Positions 1 through 9,528 of a stretch of DNA of 64,000 nucleotides are shown here, one piece after another (within the stretch, counting starts at the first letter, position 1; every line of letters begins with the position of its first letter). This DNA is from Clostridia bacterium (GTDB taxonomy: Bacteria; Bacillota; Clostridia; Christensenellales; Aristaeellaceae). Under the pieces are notes generated by a model. The model ran no database searches. It saw nothing but the letters and a program-made list of their open reading frames with translations, and was not told the origin of the DNA. The translations under genes and the position numbers were made by a program. The stretch lies in assembly GCA_030529995.1 (NCBI GenBank), contig JAUMVT010000007.1, positions 4,170 through 68,169 on the forward strand, given 5' to 3'.

Positions 1-1
1 C

Positions 2-919
2 ATGACCATGAACAACATGAGTCAGGCCATGTTTACGGAAGACACCATTTTGATGCTGAACCCTAATGGCACGGCGCCGGGCGCCATTGTGCCCATGGGT
101 GAGGGCAAGGTGGTGATCCACCTGCCCGGGCCGCCCTATGAGCTGCAGCCTATGTTTATTGATCAGGTAGAGCCTTGGCTTCAGAAGCGGTCGGGACAGG
201 TACTGGTGAGCCGGTACATCCGCATCTTCGGCATGGGGGAAAGCGAAGTGGATCAGCGTCTGCAGGAGCTGGAAATGCAGAGCAATCCCAGCCTGAGCCC
301 CTATTGTTCTCTTGGTGAAGTGCAGCTGCGTGCAACAGCCTGTGCTGCCACCAAAGAGGAAGCCCTTGCGCTGGTGCTGCCCTTGGTGGACAAGGTCAAG
401 AGCATCCTGGGGGATGTGGTCTATGCCGTGAATGAGGATGACCGGGGTTCCCTTGCTATTTCAGCCGTGGAAGCCTTGAAGAAGGCAGGGAAGACGGTGG
501 CCACTGCAGAGAGCCTTACCGGCGGACTGATTTCTTCCACCATGGTGGAGGTACCCGGTGCGTCCCAAGTAGTGCGTGGCGGCTTCGTTACCTATCAAAC
601 CGATACCAAGACGATTCTGCTGGGTGTGCCGGCGGAGACTATTGAGCGCTGCAATGTGGTCAGCGCAGAGGTGGCCATGGCCATGGCTAAGGGTGCCCGG
701 GAAAAGCTGGGGACGGATATTGCTGTCAGCGCAACAGGCCTTGCAGGCCCTGACGGCGGCACACCGGAAATTCCTGTGGGCACGGTGTATCTGGGTCTGG
801 CTACTCAGAAGGGTGTGCAGGCCATTCGGCTGGACTTGGCAGGGAATCGGGATCGTATCCGTACCCTGACGGTAAAGCATGCGCTGGATGCTGTCCGCAA
901 GGCTTGCCTCGACAACTGA
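2..919 (+). CDS. cinA: CinA-family protein, C-terminal nicotinamide-nucleotide amidohydrolase (PncC-like) part. The 5' end lies outside the window.
   Basis: The ORF is open to the left edge. CinA C-terminal pattern is present: TAESLTGGL, VVRGGFVTY, ATGLAGPDGG, GTVYLG. Confidence 0.85.
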   Translation: MTMNNMSQAMFTEDTILMLNPNGTAPGAIVPMGEGKVVIHLPGPPYELQPMFIDQVEPWLQKRSGQVLVSRYIRIFGMGESEVDQRLQELEMQSNPSLSPYCSLGEVQLRATACAATKEEALALVLPLVDKVKSILGDVVYAVNEDDRGSLAISAVEALKKAGKTVATAESLTGGLISSTMVEVPGASQVVRGGFVTYQTDTKTILLGVPAETIERCNVVSAEVAMAMAKGAREKLGTDIAVSATGLAGPDGGTPEIPVGTVYLGLATQKGVQAIRLDLAGNRDRIRTLTVKHALDAVRKACLDN

Positions 920-927
920 AAATGATG

Positions 928-964
928 AAAAGGTCGGCGTATCGAAAGGATGCGCTGACCTTTT
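928..964 (+). terminator. Stem-loop after cinA, a weak intrinsic terminator candidate
   Basis: AAAAGGTCGGCG / CGCTGACCTTTT arms with one G-T wobble and a 13-nt loop. The T run is short and lies partly inside the stem. Confidence 0.4.
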
Positions 965-1068
965 GCTAAGCAGGAAAATCCATTTACAAAGCTCATGGAC
1001 TATGGTAAACTGTGGGGGATTTGGTTGACAGAACACAGTGCGTTCTTTCATGGAAGGTAGGGATTCGG

Positions 1069-2463
1069 GTGGTATTCAGTTCGGCTGTTTTTCTGTGGGT
1101 TTTTCTGCCGGTAGTGTTTTTGCTGAATTACTTCATACAGAAAAAATACTCCAATATTTTGCTGCTGGCGGCAAGCTTGATTTTCTATGCCTGGGGCGAG
1201 CCTTATTTGGTGCTGCTGATGATGGCCTCCGTGGTGCTCAACTGGTTGGTGGGCAGGGGAATCGCCAAATGCAGCGGAAACGGAAAAAAAGCGGTGCTGA
1301 CCCTTGGCGTGGTGTGCGATCTGGCTATGCTGGGGTACTACAAGTATGCCGGCTTCTTTGTATCCGTGCTGAACAGGGTCTGCGGCAGCGAGGTGCTGCC
1401 TGTGCCTCAAATTGCGCTGCCTATCGGCATTTCTTTCTTTACCTTTCAGGCGATCTCCTACATTGTGGATGTATACCGTGGGGATACGGACGCATCCCCG
1501 AAGCTGGTAAACGTAGCACTCTACATTTCCTTCTTTCCTCAGCTGATTGCAGGCCCCATTGTCAAGTATAAGGACATCAATCAGCAGATTGAAGATCGCA
1601 GCATTACGTGGGACGGAGTTACCATGGGGTTCCGCCGCTTCATCATCGGCCTTGCCAAGAAGGTGCTGATTTCCAACGTCATGGGTGCCTGCGTGGATAC
1701 CATCTTCAGCCATGATGTGTCTGTGGTGGGCGGCGGTGCGGCCTGGGTGGCGGCACTGACCTATACTTTCCAGATTTATTATGATTTCTCCGGTTACTCG
1801 GATATGGCCATAGGCCTTGGAAAAATGTTCGGCTTTGACATCATGGAGAACTTTCAGTACCCCTATCTGTCTTCCTCCATTACGGAATTCTGGCGCAGAT
1901 GGCACATTTCCCTGGGCTCCTGGTTTCGGGAATATGTGTACATTCCGCTGGGCGGCAACAGGAAAGGCACGGTAAGAACCTATGTGAATCTGTGCATCGT
2001 GTTCTTCCTGACGGGACTGTGGCACGGTGCGGATATGTCCTTCGTGCTGTGGGGGCTGTACCATGGATTCTTCTCCATCCTTGAGCGGCTGGGGTTGAAA
2101 AAATGGCTGGATCGGCACAAGGCCGTGGGCGTCGTGTATTGCATGCTGGTGGTGATCTTCGGCTGGATGCTGTTTCGAGCACCCGGTACCGGCGTTGCCG
2201 TTCGCTATATGCTGCATATGCTCCTGCCTTGGCGGTATTCGGAGGCCGCCCTGCCCTGGACGGAATACATGGATCTGAAAACCGTGGTCGTGGGCATTGC
2301 GGCGTTCTTGGGCATGGGCTTTTCCAAGTGGATTCCGGAGAAGTTCATGAACAAGTGGCGGTATTCCCTGCCGGAAGCCATCTGCTGCGTGTTGCTGCTG
2401 CTGCTTTGCATGGCTTCCATTGCAGGCAGCAACTACAATCCGTTTATCTATTTCCAGTTCTGA
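1069..2463 (+). CDS. MBOAT-family membrane O-acyltransferase (AlgI/DltB/PatA-like)
   Basis: Polytopic membrane protein with MBOAT hallmarks: FYDFSGYSDMAIG, FWRRWHISL and WHG. Start moved to GTG 1069 (VFSSAVFLWVFLP, the typical family N-terminus) behind AAGGTAGG. Confidence 0.85.
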   Translation: MVFSSAVFLWVFLPVVFLLNYFIQKKYSNILLLAASLIFYAWGEPYLVLLMMASVVLNWLVGRGIAKCSGNGKKAVLTLGVVCDLAMLGYYKYAGFFVSVLNRVCGSEVLPVPQIALPIGISFFTFQAISYIVDVYRGDTDASPKLVNVALYISFFPQLIAGPIVKYKDINQQIEDRSITWDGVTMGFRRFIIGLAKKVLISNVMGACVDTIFSHDVSVVGGGAAWVAALTYTFQIYYDFSGYSDMAIGLGKMFGFDIMENFQYPYLSSSITEFWRRWHISLGSWFREYVYIPLGGNRKGTVRTYVNLCIVFFLTGLWHGADMSFVLWGLYHGFFSILERLGLKKWLDRHKAVGVVYCMLVVIFGWMLFRAPGTGVAVRYMLHMLLPWRYSEAALPWTEYMDLKTVVVGIAAFLGMGFSKWIPEKFMNKWRYSLPEAICCVLLLLLCMASIAGSNYNPFIYFQF

Positions 2464-2475
2464 GGAGGAAAGACG

Positions 2476-3588
2476 ATGAAGAAGCGCATCGGTTCATGGA
2501 TACTCATGATTGCCTTTGTGGCCATTCTTTGCTTGTCCTGGGTGAGCTGGTTCATCTTGCAGCCCTGGGCGGATAATACCAACTACGAGAACCGGCAGAA
2601 GGCGGCTATGCCGGAGCTGAGCCAGGCAACCTACAGCAGCTTTCCCACCGCCTTTGCCGAGTATCTGGAGGATCGGCTTCCCTTCCGCAATGAGCTGATG
2701 ACGCTCAATTCAGCGGTGGAATACTATCTTTTCCACCGCTCCACCAGTGACAACGTGATCATTGGCAAAGAAGGCTGGCTCTTTTATGTGAACAAGGGTG
2801 ATGGGGATCCCATTGCTTGCTATCAGGGAACCAATCTGCTGTCCGACGATGAACTGGCAGTGCTGGCGGAAAACTTAGTTTTCTGGCGGGACTATCTGGA
2901 AGAAAGAGGCATGGAGTTTGTGCTCTTCATTGCGCCGAACAAGGAACGGGTGTACAGCGAGTACATGCCGGAGGAGTACGGCGATCCTGCCGAGGAATAT
3001 AAAGTCAAGCAAATTGTAGATTATCTTCGGGCAAACACGGACTTGCGGGTTGTCTATCCTTATGAAGAACTGATGCAGGCCAAGGAAGCTGTCGATGAAC
3101 CTATTTATTACAAGACGGATTCCCACTGGAATGAGATTGGCGCCTATGTGGGTGCTTCTGCCCTGCTGAAGGAACTGGGCATTGATATGCCCGATATTAC
3201 GGATGAATGCATCACCATCGAAGATCCGGGAAAGGCTGAGGGAGATTTGGCAAAGATGCTGTATCTGTCCCGGCCTATGAAAAACGTAGACAGCAATTAT
3301 CATGTGACCGGCTATGACGGGCATGGCGTAACCAATGACGCCTACGATTTCTATGGGATGATTTCCTTTTCAACCACCGATGCACCGGATGATCGGTCGC
3401 TCTACATGATTCGGGACTCCTTTACCAGTGCTATGGCATTAGTCCTGGGATCCCAGTTTGATACAGCCGACATGCGGCATTTGGATTACTATACCAATGA
3501 CGACCTTTGGCAGTGCGCCCCGGATGTGGTGGTACTGGAAGTTGTGGAACGCAATGTAGATAAGCTGATGTCATTCGAAATTGAATAA
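2476..3588 (+). CDS. DHHW / AlgX-AlgJ-like SGNH-type acyltransferase partner, N-terminal membrane anchor
   Basis: GAGGAGG SD upstream, one N-terminal TM helix and the YYKTDSHWN motif (DxHW signature). Sits 13 nt after the MBOAT gene. Confidence 0.7.
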   Translation: MKKRIGSWILMIAFVAILCLSWVSWFILQPWADNTNYENRQKAAMPELSQATYSSFPTAFAEYLEDRLPFRNELMTLNSAVEYYLFHRSTSDNVIIGKEGWLFYVNKGDGDPIACYQGTNLLSDDELAVLAENLVFWRDYLEERGMEFVLFIAPNKERVYSEYMPEEYGDPAEEYKVKQIVDYLRANTDLRVVYPYEELMQAKEAVDEPIYYKTDSHWNEIGAYVGASALLKELGIDMPDITDECITIEDPGKAEGDLAKMLYLSRPMKNVDSNYHVTGYDGHGVTNDAYDFYGMISFSTTDAPDDRSLYMIRDSFTSAMALVLGSQFDTADMRHLDYYTNDDLWQCAPDVVVLEVVERNVDKLMSFEIE

Positions 3589-3595
3589 ACAAAGA

Positions 3596-3626
3596 CGGAC
3601 AGCAAAAAAATGCTGTCCGCTTTTTT
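3596..3626. terminator. Bidirectional intrinsic terminator between convergent genes
   Basis: CGGACAGCA-aaaaaa-TGCTGTCCG perfect 9-bp stem, flanked by an A run and a T run. The T run overlaps the stop codon of the minus-strand kinase gene. Confidence 0.75.
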
Positions 3627-4206
3627 ACGCCTCCAGGAACTGAAGAATCTTCTCCAAATCTACGCCTTCATCCTCGTCTACAATGAGCATCTGATCCTTG
3701 GGAAGGGTCTCTGCCCAGGCGTCGTAGAGTGCCTTTTGCTTGGTGGCGTAGGCTAGCCCCAAGTCGCTTTCATAGCTGCGATCCCGCTCCCGCAGTCGCT
3801 TCACCAGCAGATCAGCAGAACAGCGGAGATAAACATATTTCTCAATCGGGGGCATAAGCTTCTCAATGCCTTTGGCCATTTTTTCAATAATATCGTATTC
3901 GGCCTGGGTTAAGTCACCTTCCTCCAGCCGATACCGGGCAATGACCAGATTCTCAATCAGGCAGCGGTCGTAGAAGTAGAAGTCCTTCGCTTCCTTCGGC
4001 CGATCATCGTCGAAGTACAGGGAAAGGAAAGCAATTTGGCTGTGGAAGGACCAGCGAGGCGGATCTTCGTAATAGGGGAGAATAAAGGGATTATTCTCCG
4101 GGCATTCCTTGTGAGCGGCAGCACGGTCACCCAGACAGGCCATCAGCCTTGCCAACAACGTACTCTTTCCTGCCGCTACGGCACCGCTGATCGAAACATA
4201 CTTCAT
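3625..4206 (-). CDS. Deoxynucleoside kinase (dAK/dGK/dCK family)
   Basis: N-terminal P-loop ISGAVAAGKST. Length and ERS/DR motifs fit the dNK family. Confidence 0.8.
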   Translation of the reverse strand: MKYVSISGAVAAGKSTLLARLMACLGDRAAAHKECPENNPFILPYYEDPPRWSFHSQIAFLSLYFDDDRPKEAKDFYFYDRCLIENLVIARYRLEEGDLTQAEYDIIEKMAKGIEKLMPPIEKYVYLRCSADLLVKRLRERDRSYESDLGLAYATKQKALYDAWAETLPKDQMLIVDEDEGVDLEKILQFLEA

Positions 4207-4306
4207 CAGATCGCTCCCTCTGCTTCAAACGAATAAGCTCCTGCTCATTATAGCGACTTCCGCCCTGATGTCAAGGCGAACAAGGAACCTAATATTTGGC
4301 ATAGCA

Positions 4307-4342
4307 AAGGGCACTGCCTTCATGGAATCAGGCAGTGCCCTT
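4307..4342 (-). terminator. Perfect 12-bp GC-rich hairpin downstream of the isomerase-family gene, with no clear U tract
   Basis: AAGGGCACTGCC ... GGCAGTGCCCTT. It lies 20 nt past the stop at 4362. Confidence 0.45.
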
Positions 4343-4361
4343 GATGGACGAGGTTATGTCC

Positions 4362-5849
4362 TTATGCCCAAGGGTTTTCCGTGGGATAGGGCAGAGACTT
4401 GGGCTGATTGTAGGCGATGTCCTTCACGCCGAGGAACTTGAACACCTCAAACAGCTGCTTGGCACAATGAGCAAAGGCCACGGCACCGTGATGGGGATAC
4501 CGCTTCTGTACCAGAACATGGCGGTAGAAACGTCCCATCTCGGGGATGGCGAACACGCCGATGCCGCCGAAGGAACGGGTAGGCACATCCAGCACCTCGC
4601 CCTGGGCAATGTAGCTGCGCAGGTCGCCGTTGGAGTCGCACTGCAGGCGGTAGAAGGTGATTTCACTGGGAGCAATGTCGCCTTCCAGCGTGCCGCGGGT
4701 GAAGTCAGGATCGCTTCCGGCAGGCTCCAGCAGACGATGCTGAATCAGCTGGTACTTTACGGAACGGCTGTCGCACATCTTGCAGGAAGGCGTATTGCCG
4801 CAGTGGAAGCCCATGAAGGTATCCGTCAGCTTGTAATCATACCGGCCGCGGATATCTTCATCATAGATGTACTGAGGAACAGAGTTGTTGATGTCCAGCA
4901 GGGTTACGGCATCACCGGTGACGCAGGCACCGATGTACTCGCTCAGGGCACCGTAAATATCCACTTCGCAGGATACGGGAATGCCCCGGGCGGCCAGGCG
5001 GCTGTTCACATAGCAGGGCTCAAAGCCAAACTGGCTGGGGAAGGCGGGCCAGCACTTATCGGCAAAGGCTACATACTTCCGTGCGCCCTTGTGATTCTCT
5101 GCCCAGTCCAGCAGGGTCAGCTCGAACTGCGCCATCCGCTCGCTCAGCTCCGGATAATAGCGACCTTCGCCCATTTCCTTGGCCATGTCGGCGCAAACAT
5201 CGGGAATGCGGGGATCATTGGCATGCTCCTTATAGCTGACCAGCAGATCCAGCTCGCTGTTTTCCTCGATTTCAACGCCCAGCTCATAGAGTCCCTTAAT
5301 GGGGGCGTTGCAGGCGAAGAAGTCCTGCGGACGGGGTCCGAAGGTGATAATCTTCAGATTCTTCACGCCGATGACGGCACGAGCCACAGGAATAAAGTCG
5401 GCAATCATCTCGGCAATGTCATCTGCCGTGCCCACGGGATATTCCGGAATGTAGCCGTTCAGGTGACGCATGCCCAGGTTATAGGAGCAGTTCAGCATGC
5501 CGCAGTAAGCATCGCCCCGGCCGTTGATCATGTCGCCGTCGCCCTCGGCAGCAGCAACAAACATGCAGGGACCGTCAAAATTCTTGGCAATCAGGGTTTC
5601 GGGGGTTTCAGGGCCGAAGTTGCCAAGGAAAACAACGGCAGCATTGCACTCGGCGGCCTTCAGCTCTGCTACAGCCTTCAGCATGTCCTTTTCGTTTTCC
5701 ACCGTGGTCTTGATTTCCACCACTTCGAGCTGCTTCTGGCCGCACTTTTCGGCAATGGCAGCACGGCGCTTTTCACTCAGCACAATGGGGAAGCAGTCCC
5801 GGGATACGGCTACCAAGCCGAGCTTTACAACAGGAATATTGGTCATCAT
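4362..5849 (-). CDS. L-fucose/L-arabinose isomerase family protein
   Basis: 495 aa. The N-terminal Rossmann-like VAVSRDCFP..VVFLGNFGPE, the central GPRPQDFF and the C-terminal CEVDIYGA..GFHCGN patterns are typical of the FucI/AraA-like family. Confidence 0.7.
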   Translation of the reverse strand: MMTNIPVVKLGLVAVSRDCFPIVLSEKRRAAIAEKCGQKQLEVVEIKTTVENEKDMLKAVAELKAAECNAAVVFLGNFGPETPETLIAKNFDGPCMFVAAAEGDGDMINGRGDAYCGMLNCSYNLGMRHLNGYIPEYPVGTADDIAEMIADFIPVARAVIGVKNLKIITFGPRPQDFFACNAPIKGLYELGVEIEENSELDLLVSYKEHANDPRIPDVCADMAKEMGEGRYYPELSERMAQFELTLLDWAENHKGARKYVAFADKCWPAFPSQFGFEPCYVNSRLAARGIPVSCEVDIYGALSEYIGACVTGDAVTLLDINNSVPQYIYDEDIRGRYDYKLTDTFMGFHCGNTPSCKMCDSRSVKYQLIQHRLLEPAGSDPDFTRGTLEGDIAPSEITFYRLQCDSNGDLRSYIAQGEVLDVPTRSFGGIGVFAIPEMGRFYRHVLVQKRYPHHGAVAFAHCAKQLFEVFKFLGVKDIAYNQPKSLPYPTENPWA

Positions 5850-6043
5850 GATAAGATCCTCCTAGCGCGTTTCAAAGGATGTTTTACCTATTGGGTAGCA
5901 TAGCACGAACGGCGGAAATCGTCAAGAGAATGGAAAAGATTTGTCATTTCTGACTGGAAATGAACATGGAAATTACATGCAAAAACGGCTGGAATACATG
6001 CCGATAAAGCAAAGGGGAGGCCATGCTGATTCGTCGTCGATGG

Positions 6044-6622
6044 TTAGGCCTGTGCTTCCTTTGTGTGCGCTAAAAAGCACCCGTGCTCATGAGTATAGAT
6101 CACACCTACAGCCTGCAAATAGGCATAGATAACCGTCGTTCCCACAAACTTCATGCCCCGCTTTTTCAAATCCTTGGAGATGCTATCGGACAGTTCCGAG
6201 CTTGTGCGTCCGATTTCATAAACCACCTTGCCGTCTGTCCAATGCCAAAGGTAATTGGAGAAGCTTCCGTATTGCTGCTGAATCTCTCGGAATACTTTTG
6301 CATTGGCAACAGCAGCCTGTATCTTCAGGCGGTTGCGGATGATACCGGGATTGTTCCGCAGTGCCTCCAGCTTGTCCTCATCATAGGCGCAGACCTTCTC
6401 CAAATCAAAGCCATCAAAGGCCTCTCGGAACGCTTCTCGTTTATTCAAAACACATTCCCAGGACAGTCCTGCCTGAAAGCACTCCAATATGAGCATCTCG
6501 AAGAGCTTCCGGTCATCGTATACTGGAACGCCCCATTCCTCATCGTGATAACGGATGTATCGCTCATTCTTCGGATTTGCCCAACGGCAGCGTATTTTCC
6601 CGTCTGCCCATTCCATCCGCAT
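6044..6622 (-). CDS. tag: DNA-3-methyladenine glycosylase I
   Basis: RCRWA..YHDEEWGVP..LFEMLILECFQAGLSW is the Tag signature. Confidence 0.9.
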   Translation of the reverse strand: MRMEWADGKIRCRWANPKNERYIRYHDEEWGVPVYDDRKLFEMLILECFQAGLSWECVLNKREAFREAFDGFDLEKVCAYDEDKLEALRNNPGIIRNRLKIQAAVANAKVFREIQQQYGSFSNYLWHWTDGKVVYEIGRTSSELSDSISKDLKKRGMKFVGTTVIYAYLQAVGVIYTHEHGCFLAHTKEAQA

Positions 6623-6636
6623 CCCGCCTTTCTATT

Positions 6637-6840
6637 TTAAGAGGTTGATCTCCGTATCAATCCTGCATAGTCCTGCTTCCTGCAAAAATCAAGCACATCA
6701 AACATGCTCAGACTTTCAATAGTCAGCTTTGGGAAAAAGCTGCGGCCAGACTTTTGCTGCACGCCGTATACAATGCCCTTGTAATACGCAATCGTGGATT
6801 TCGGACCAGTACCGCCGATTAACCCGATTTTGTCTCACAT
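6637..6840 (-). pseudogene. N-terminal remnant of an Asp/Glu-racemase-family gene
   Basis: The minus-strand frame reads ATG-TGA(stop)-DKIGLIGGTGPKSTIAYYKGIVYGVQQKSGRSFFPKLTIESLSMFDVLDF.. and ends after about 65 codons. IGLIGG(T/M)GP.ST..YY is the racemase N-terminal motif, and full-length members are about 230 aa. Confidence 0.5.
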
Positions 6841-6865
6841 TTATTGATCGTGATGATCATGGCTT

Positions 6866-7387
6866 TTAATCCTGTGTAAAATCAAGCACTTGCCGGCTGT
6901 CATACCCCTGCTTCTTGAAGTCGGAGAACAGTACGTCCATCCTTTCCGGCGCAACGCAGATGAGGTGCATGGGATGCCCTTGATCTGCCAGCTTCTGCAG
7001 TGCCGCAACCGGAATCTTCTTGTATTCCGCATGGGCAACATAGGATGCCGACATAGGCTCAATGAGCACTGCCGTGCCCATTACCTGCACGCTTTTCAGT
7101 GCGCCGAAGCTGGGGTTCTTTTCAAAAACGGCCAAGCTGACGTGCTTGTTCTTTTCAAGACCGATGAACTTCTCACCGCCCTCGGTGAAAATCCAGAACT
7201 TGCCGTCATGGTAGCTGTACTCCAGCGGCGTGCAGCGCACGTAATCGCCGGTTCCGGTGGCCAGTGCGCAGACAGTACTGCTGCGCAGGAACTCCTCCAC
7301 AACCGGCGTCAACTGTTCAGCCGGCATTTCCTTGCCGACTTTCTCTTTCCAGAAATTTGCTGCTTTCCTGTACGCTTCTGTTGTCAT
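6866..7387 (-). CDS. Pyridoxamine 5'-phosphate oxidase-family (split-barrel flavin-binding) protein
   Basis: Start trimmed to ATG 7387 (MTTEAYRK) behind GGAAGG. The core VCALATGTGDYVRCTPLEYSYHDGKFWIFTEGG fits the PNPOx-like fold. Confidence 0.7.
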   Translation of the reverse strand: MTTEAYRKAANFWKEKVGKEMPAEQLTPVVEEFLRSSTVCALATGTGDYVRCTPLEYSYHDGKFWIFTEGGEKFIGLEKNKHVSLAVFEKNPSFGALKSVQVMGTAVLIEPMSASYVAHAEYKKIPVAALQKLADQGHPMHLICVAPERMDVLFSDFKKQGYDSRQVLDFTQD

Positions 7388-7561
7388 CTTTCTGCCTTCC
7401 TTTACGTTTCGCTCATCATGTTCATGGGACGCTTCTATACACCCATGCTTGCTGCTTCCATTCAGTCGGATATGCATTTGCTCCGGTTGGATTCACTGGC
7501 ATGATACAACGATTTTGCTTTTCCGGCAAGACGAATAAGTCCGAAAAGAATCGGCGGTACC

Positions 7562-7603
7562 GAAAAACTCCCCTCTCAAGCGATGCTTCGCCTGAAAGGG
7601 GAG
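7562..7603 (-). terminator. Intrinsic terminator ending the metQNI-M20 operon
   Basis: On the minus strand: CTCCCCT..(inner GCGA/TCGC stem)..AGGGGAG followed by TTTTTC. It lies 13 nt after the stop at 7616. Confidence 0.7.
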
Positions 7604-7615
7604 ACTGCAATCCGG

Positions 7616-8806
7616 TTACTGTGCCTTCACAGCTTCAGCATGTTCCTTTTTGATCTTCGCCAGTAGCTCCGGGTCTTCCAGCAGATCCAGCGCTGTCAGT
7701 GCCATGACCTTTGCGCCAAGGCCGATGGAAGCAAGCCCCAGAGGAGACTTGGCTGCCGCCTTGAACTCCTCACTGTGGGCAGGCACCACCTGCTCGGAAA
7801 TGGTAATATGGGGCTGAATGGTAGGCACCACCTGAGAAATGTTGCCCACGTCGCTGGAGCCCATTTCATCCTGGGGCTCGATGGGACGCACATGCTCCCC
7901 AAACTCCTCCAGATGCTTCTGATACACCGCATCAAAGGAGGGGGTGACCACCGTGTTTTCCACAATGTTCTGGTAGGGCTGCATCCGTCCCTTTGCTCCG
8001 GTCATCAGAGCCGCGCCTTCCACAATGTGCTCAACCTGCTCGTAAATCTTTTTCATCATGGGCGCTGTGGCCGCACGGAGGTAGAACTTTCCCTTGGCGT
8101 ACTCGGGCACAATGTTCGGTGCCGTGCCGCCATTGACGATAATACCATGGATACGCACATCATCCGTGCAGTGCTGCCGCAGGGCATCAATACCACGATA
8201 GGTCATGAGCAGGGCATTCAGTGCGTTGATGCCGTTTTCCGGGCAGCTGGCCGCATGGGCTGCCTTGCCCCAGAACTCAATGTCCACCGGAGCGCAGCCC
8301 AGGGTCTTGGTGGTCAGCGTGTGCACACCGGCACCGGGATGAACGCACAGCGCCGCATCCACGTCCTTCAGGAAACCTTCCCGAACAAAGCTGCCCTTGG
8401 CGCTGCCGTTTTCGCCGCCCTCTTCGCCGGGAGTGCCGTAGACACGAACCTCGCCGCCTACCTGGTCAATCACCTGCTTCAGGCAGGCCGCTGCCAGGGA
8501 AGAGGTTGCGCCGAACAGGTTGTGGCCGCATCCGTGACCCAAGCCTGCCAGCGCGTCAAACTCTGCCAGGAACACAATCACCGGGCCGGGTTTGCCGGAA
8601 GCATAGCGGGCGTCGAAGCCTGTCCGATGCCCCGCCACGTCCGTCTTCACGTCAAAGCCTTCCTTGCGGAGCATGTCGCTCAGGTGCTCGCAGGCAAAGA
8701 ACTCGTAATTGCTCACCTCGGGATGTGCATGAATATCCAGCGCCAGCTGCTGATAGTCCTTCAGCCTTTCATCAGCATAGGCAACGATCGTATCACGACG
8801 ACTCAT
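7616..8806 (-). CDS. M20-family amidohydrolase/peptidase
   Basis: M20 metal-binding patterns are present: FLAEFDAL..GHGCGHNL and GTPGEEGG, plus a dimerisation insert. There is a 4-nt overlap with metI. Confidence 0.85.
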   Translation of the reverse strand: MSRRDTIVAYADERLKDYQQLALDIHAHPEVSNYEFFACEHLSDMLRKEGFDVKTDVAGHRTGFDARYASGKPGPVIVFLAEFDALAGLGHGCGHNLFGATSSLAAACLKQVIDQVGGEVRVYGTPGEEGGENGSAKGSFVREGFLKDVDAALCVHPGAGVHTLTTKTLGCAPVDIEFWGKAAHAASCPENGINALNALLMTYRGIDALRQHCTDDVRIHGIIVNGGTAPNIVPEYAKGKFYLRAATAPMMKKIYEQVEHIVEGAALMTGAKGRMQPYQNIVENTVVTPSFDAVYQKHLEEFGEHVRPIEPQDEMGSSDVGNISQVVPTIQPHITISEQVVPAHSEEFKAAAKSPLGLASIGLGAKVMALTALDLLEDPELLAKIKKEHAEAVKAQ

Positions 8807-9528
8807 AGGGTTTCCTTCTCTCCTTTATCATGACGATGGGCGAACAGCGACCGATTGGTGGTGCGCCGTGCCAGCAGGTTGCCAAGGCTCTGCAGGGCGA
8901 ATACCACCAGCAGCAGCACCACTACGCACACATTCACAATGTCCGGGTGATTCTGGTTCTGGCCATAGTTGATGGCAAAGCTGCCGATGCCGCCTGCGCC
9001 TACTGCGCCGGCCATGGTGGTCAGACCGATCAGACTGATGGCCGTCACCGTGGTAACACGAATCAGCTCCGGCACCGCCTCATGGAGATACACCCGGAAG
9101 ATCAGCCCCAGCACGCTGCTGCCCATGCTCCGGGCAGCCTCCACCTTGCCGGCATCCACCCCGGACAGGGCAACCTCCACCTGACGGGTGTAGAAAGGCA
9201 CTGCGCCGAACACCAGCGGAAGGATGGCACCCTTGACGCCGATGGCCGTGCCTACGACAGCTCTGGTCAGGGGAATGAGGAAGATCAGCAGGATCAGGAA
9301 GGGGATGGAGCGGAAAATGTTCACGATGATGTTGGTCAGCTGGTAGACCAGCGCATTCGGTGCAATACCGCCCTTCTTGGTTACCACCAGCAGAATGCCC
9401 AGCAGAAGACCTACCGCAAAGGCGATGACGCCGGCCTTCAGGAACATTTCCACCGTGGCCTGGCAGCTGCTGACAAACTTATCGAAGTAATTATACAGGT
9501 TTGGGGCAAACTGTTCAATGAGTTCCAT
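8803..9528 (-). CDS. metI: Methionine ABC transporter permease
   Basis: Start trimmed to MELIEQFAPNLY. Carries the MetI-type EAA loop region (EAARSMGSS) and five TM segments. Overlaps metN by 14 nt. Confidence 0.9.
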   Translation of the reverse strand: MELIEQFAPNLYNYFDKFVSSCQATVEMFLKAGVIAFAVGLLLGILLVVTKKGGIAPNALVYQLTNIIVNIFRSIPFLILLIFLIPLTRAVVGTAIGVKGAILPLVFGAVPFYTRQVEVALSGVDAGKVEAARSMGSSVLGLIFRVYLHEAVPELIRVTTVTAISLIGLTTMAGAVGAGGIGSFAINYGQNQNHPDIVNVCVVVLLLVVFALQSLGNLLARRTTNRSLFAHRHDKGEKETL

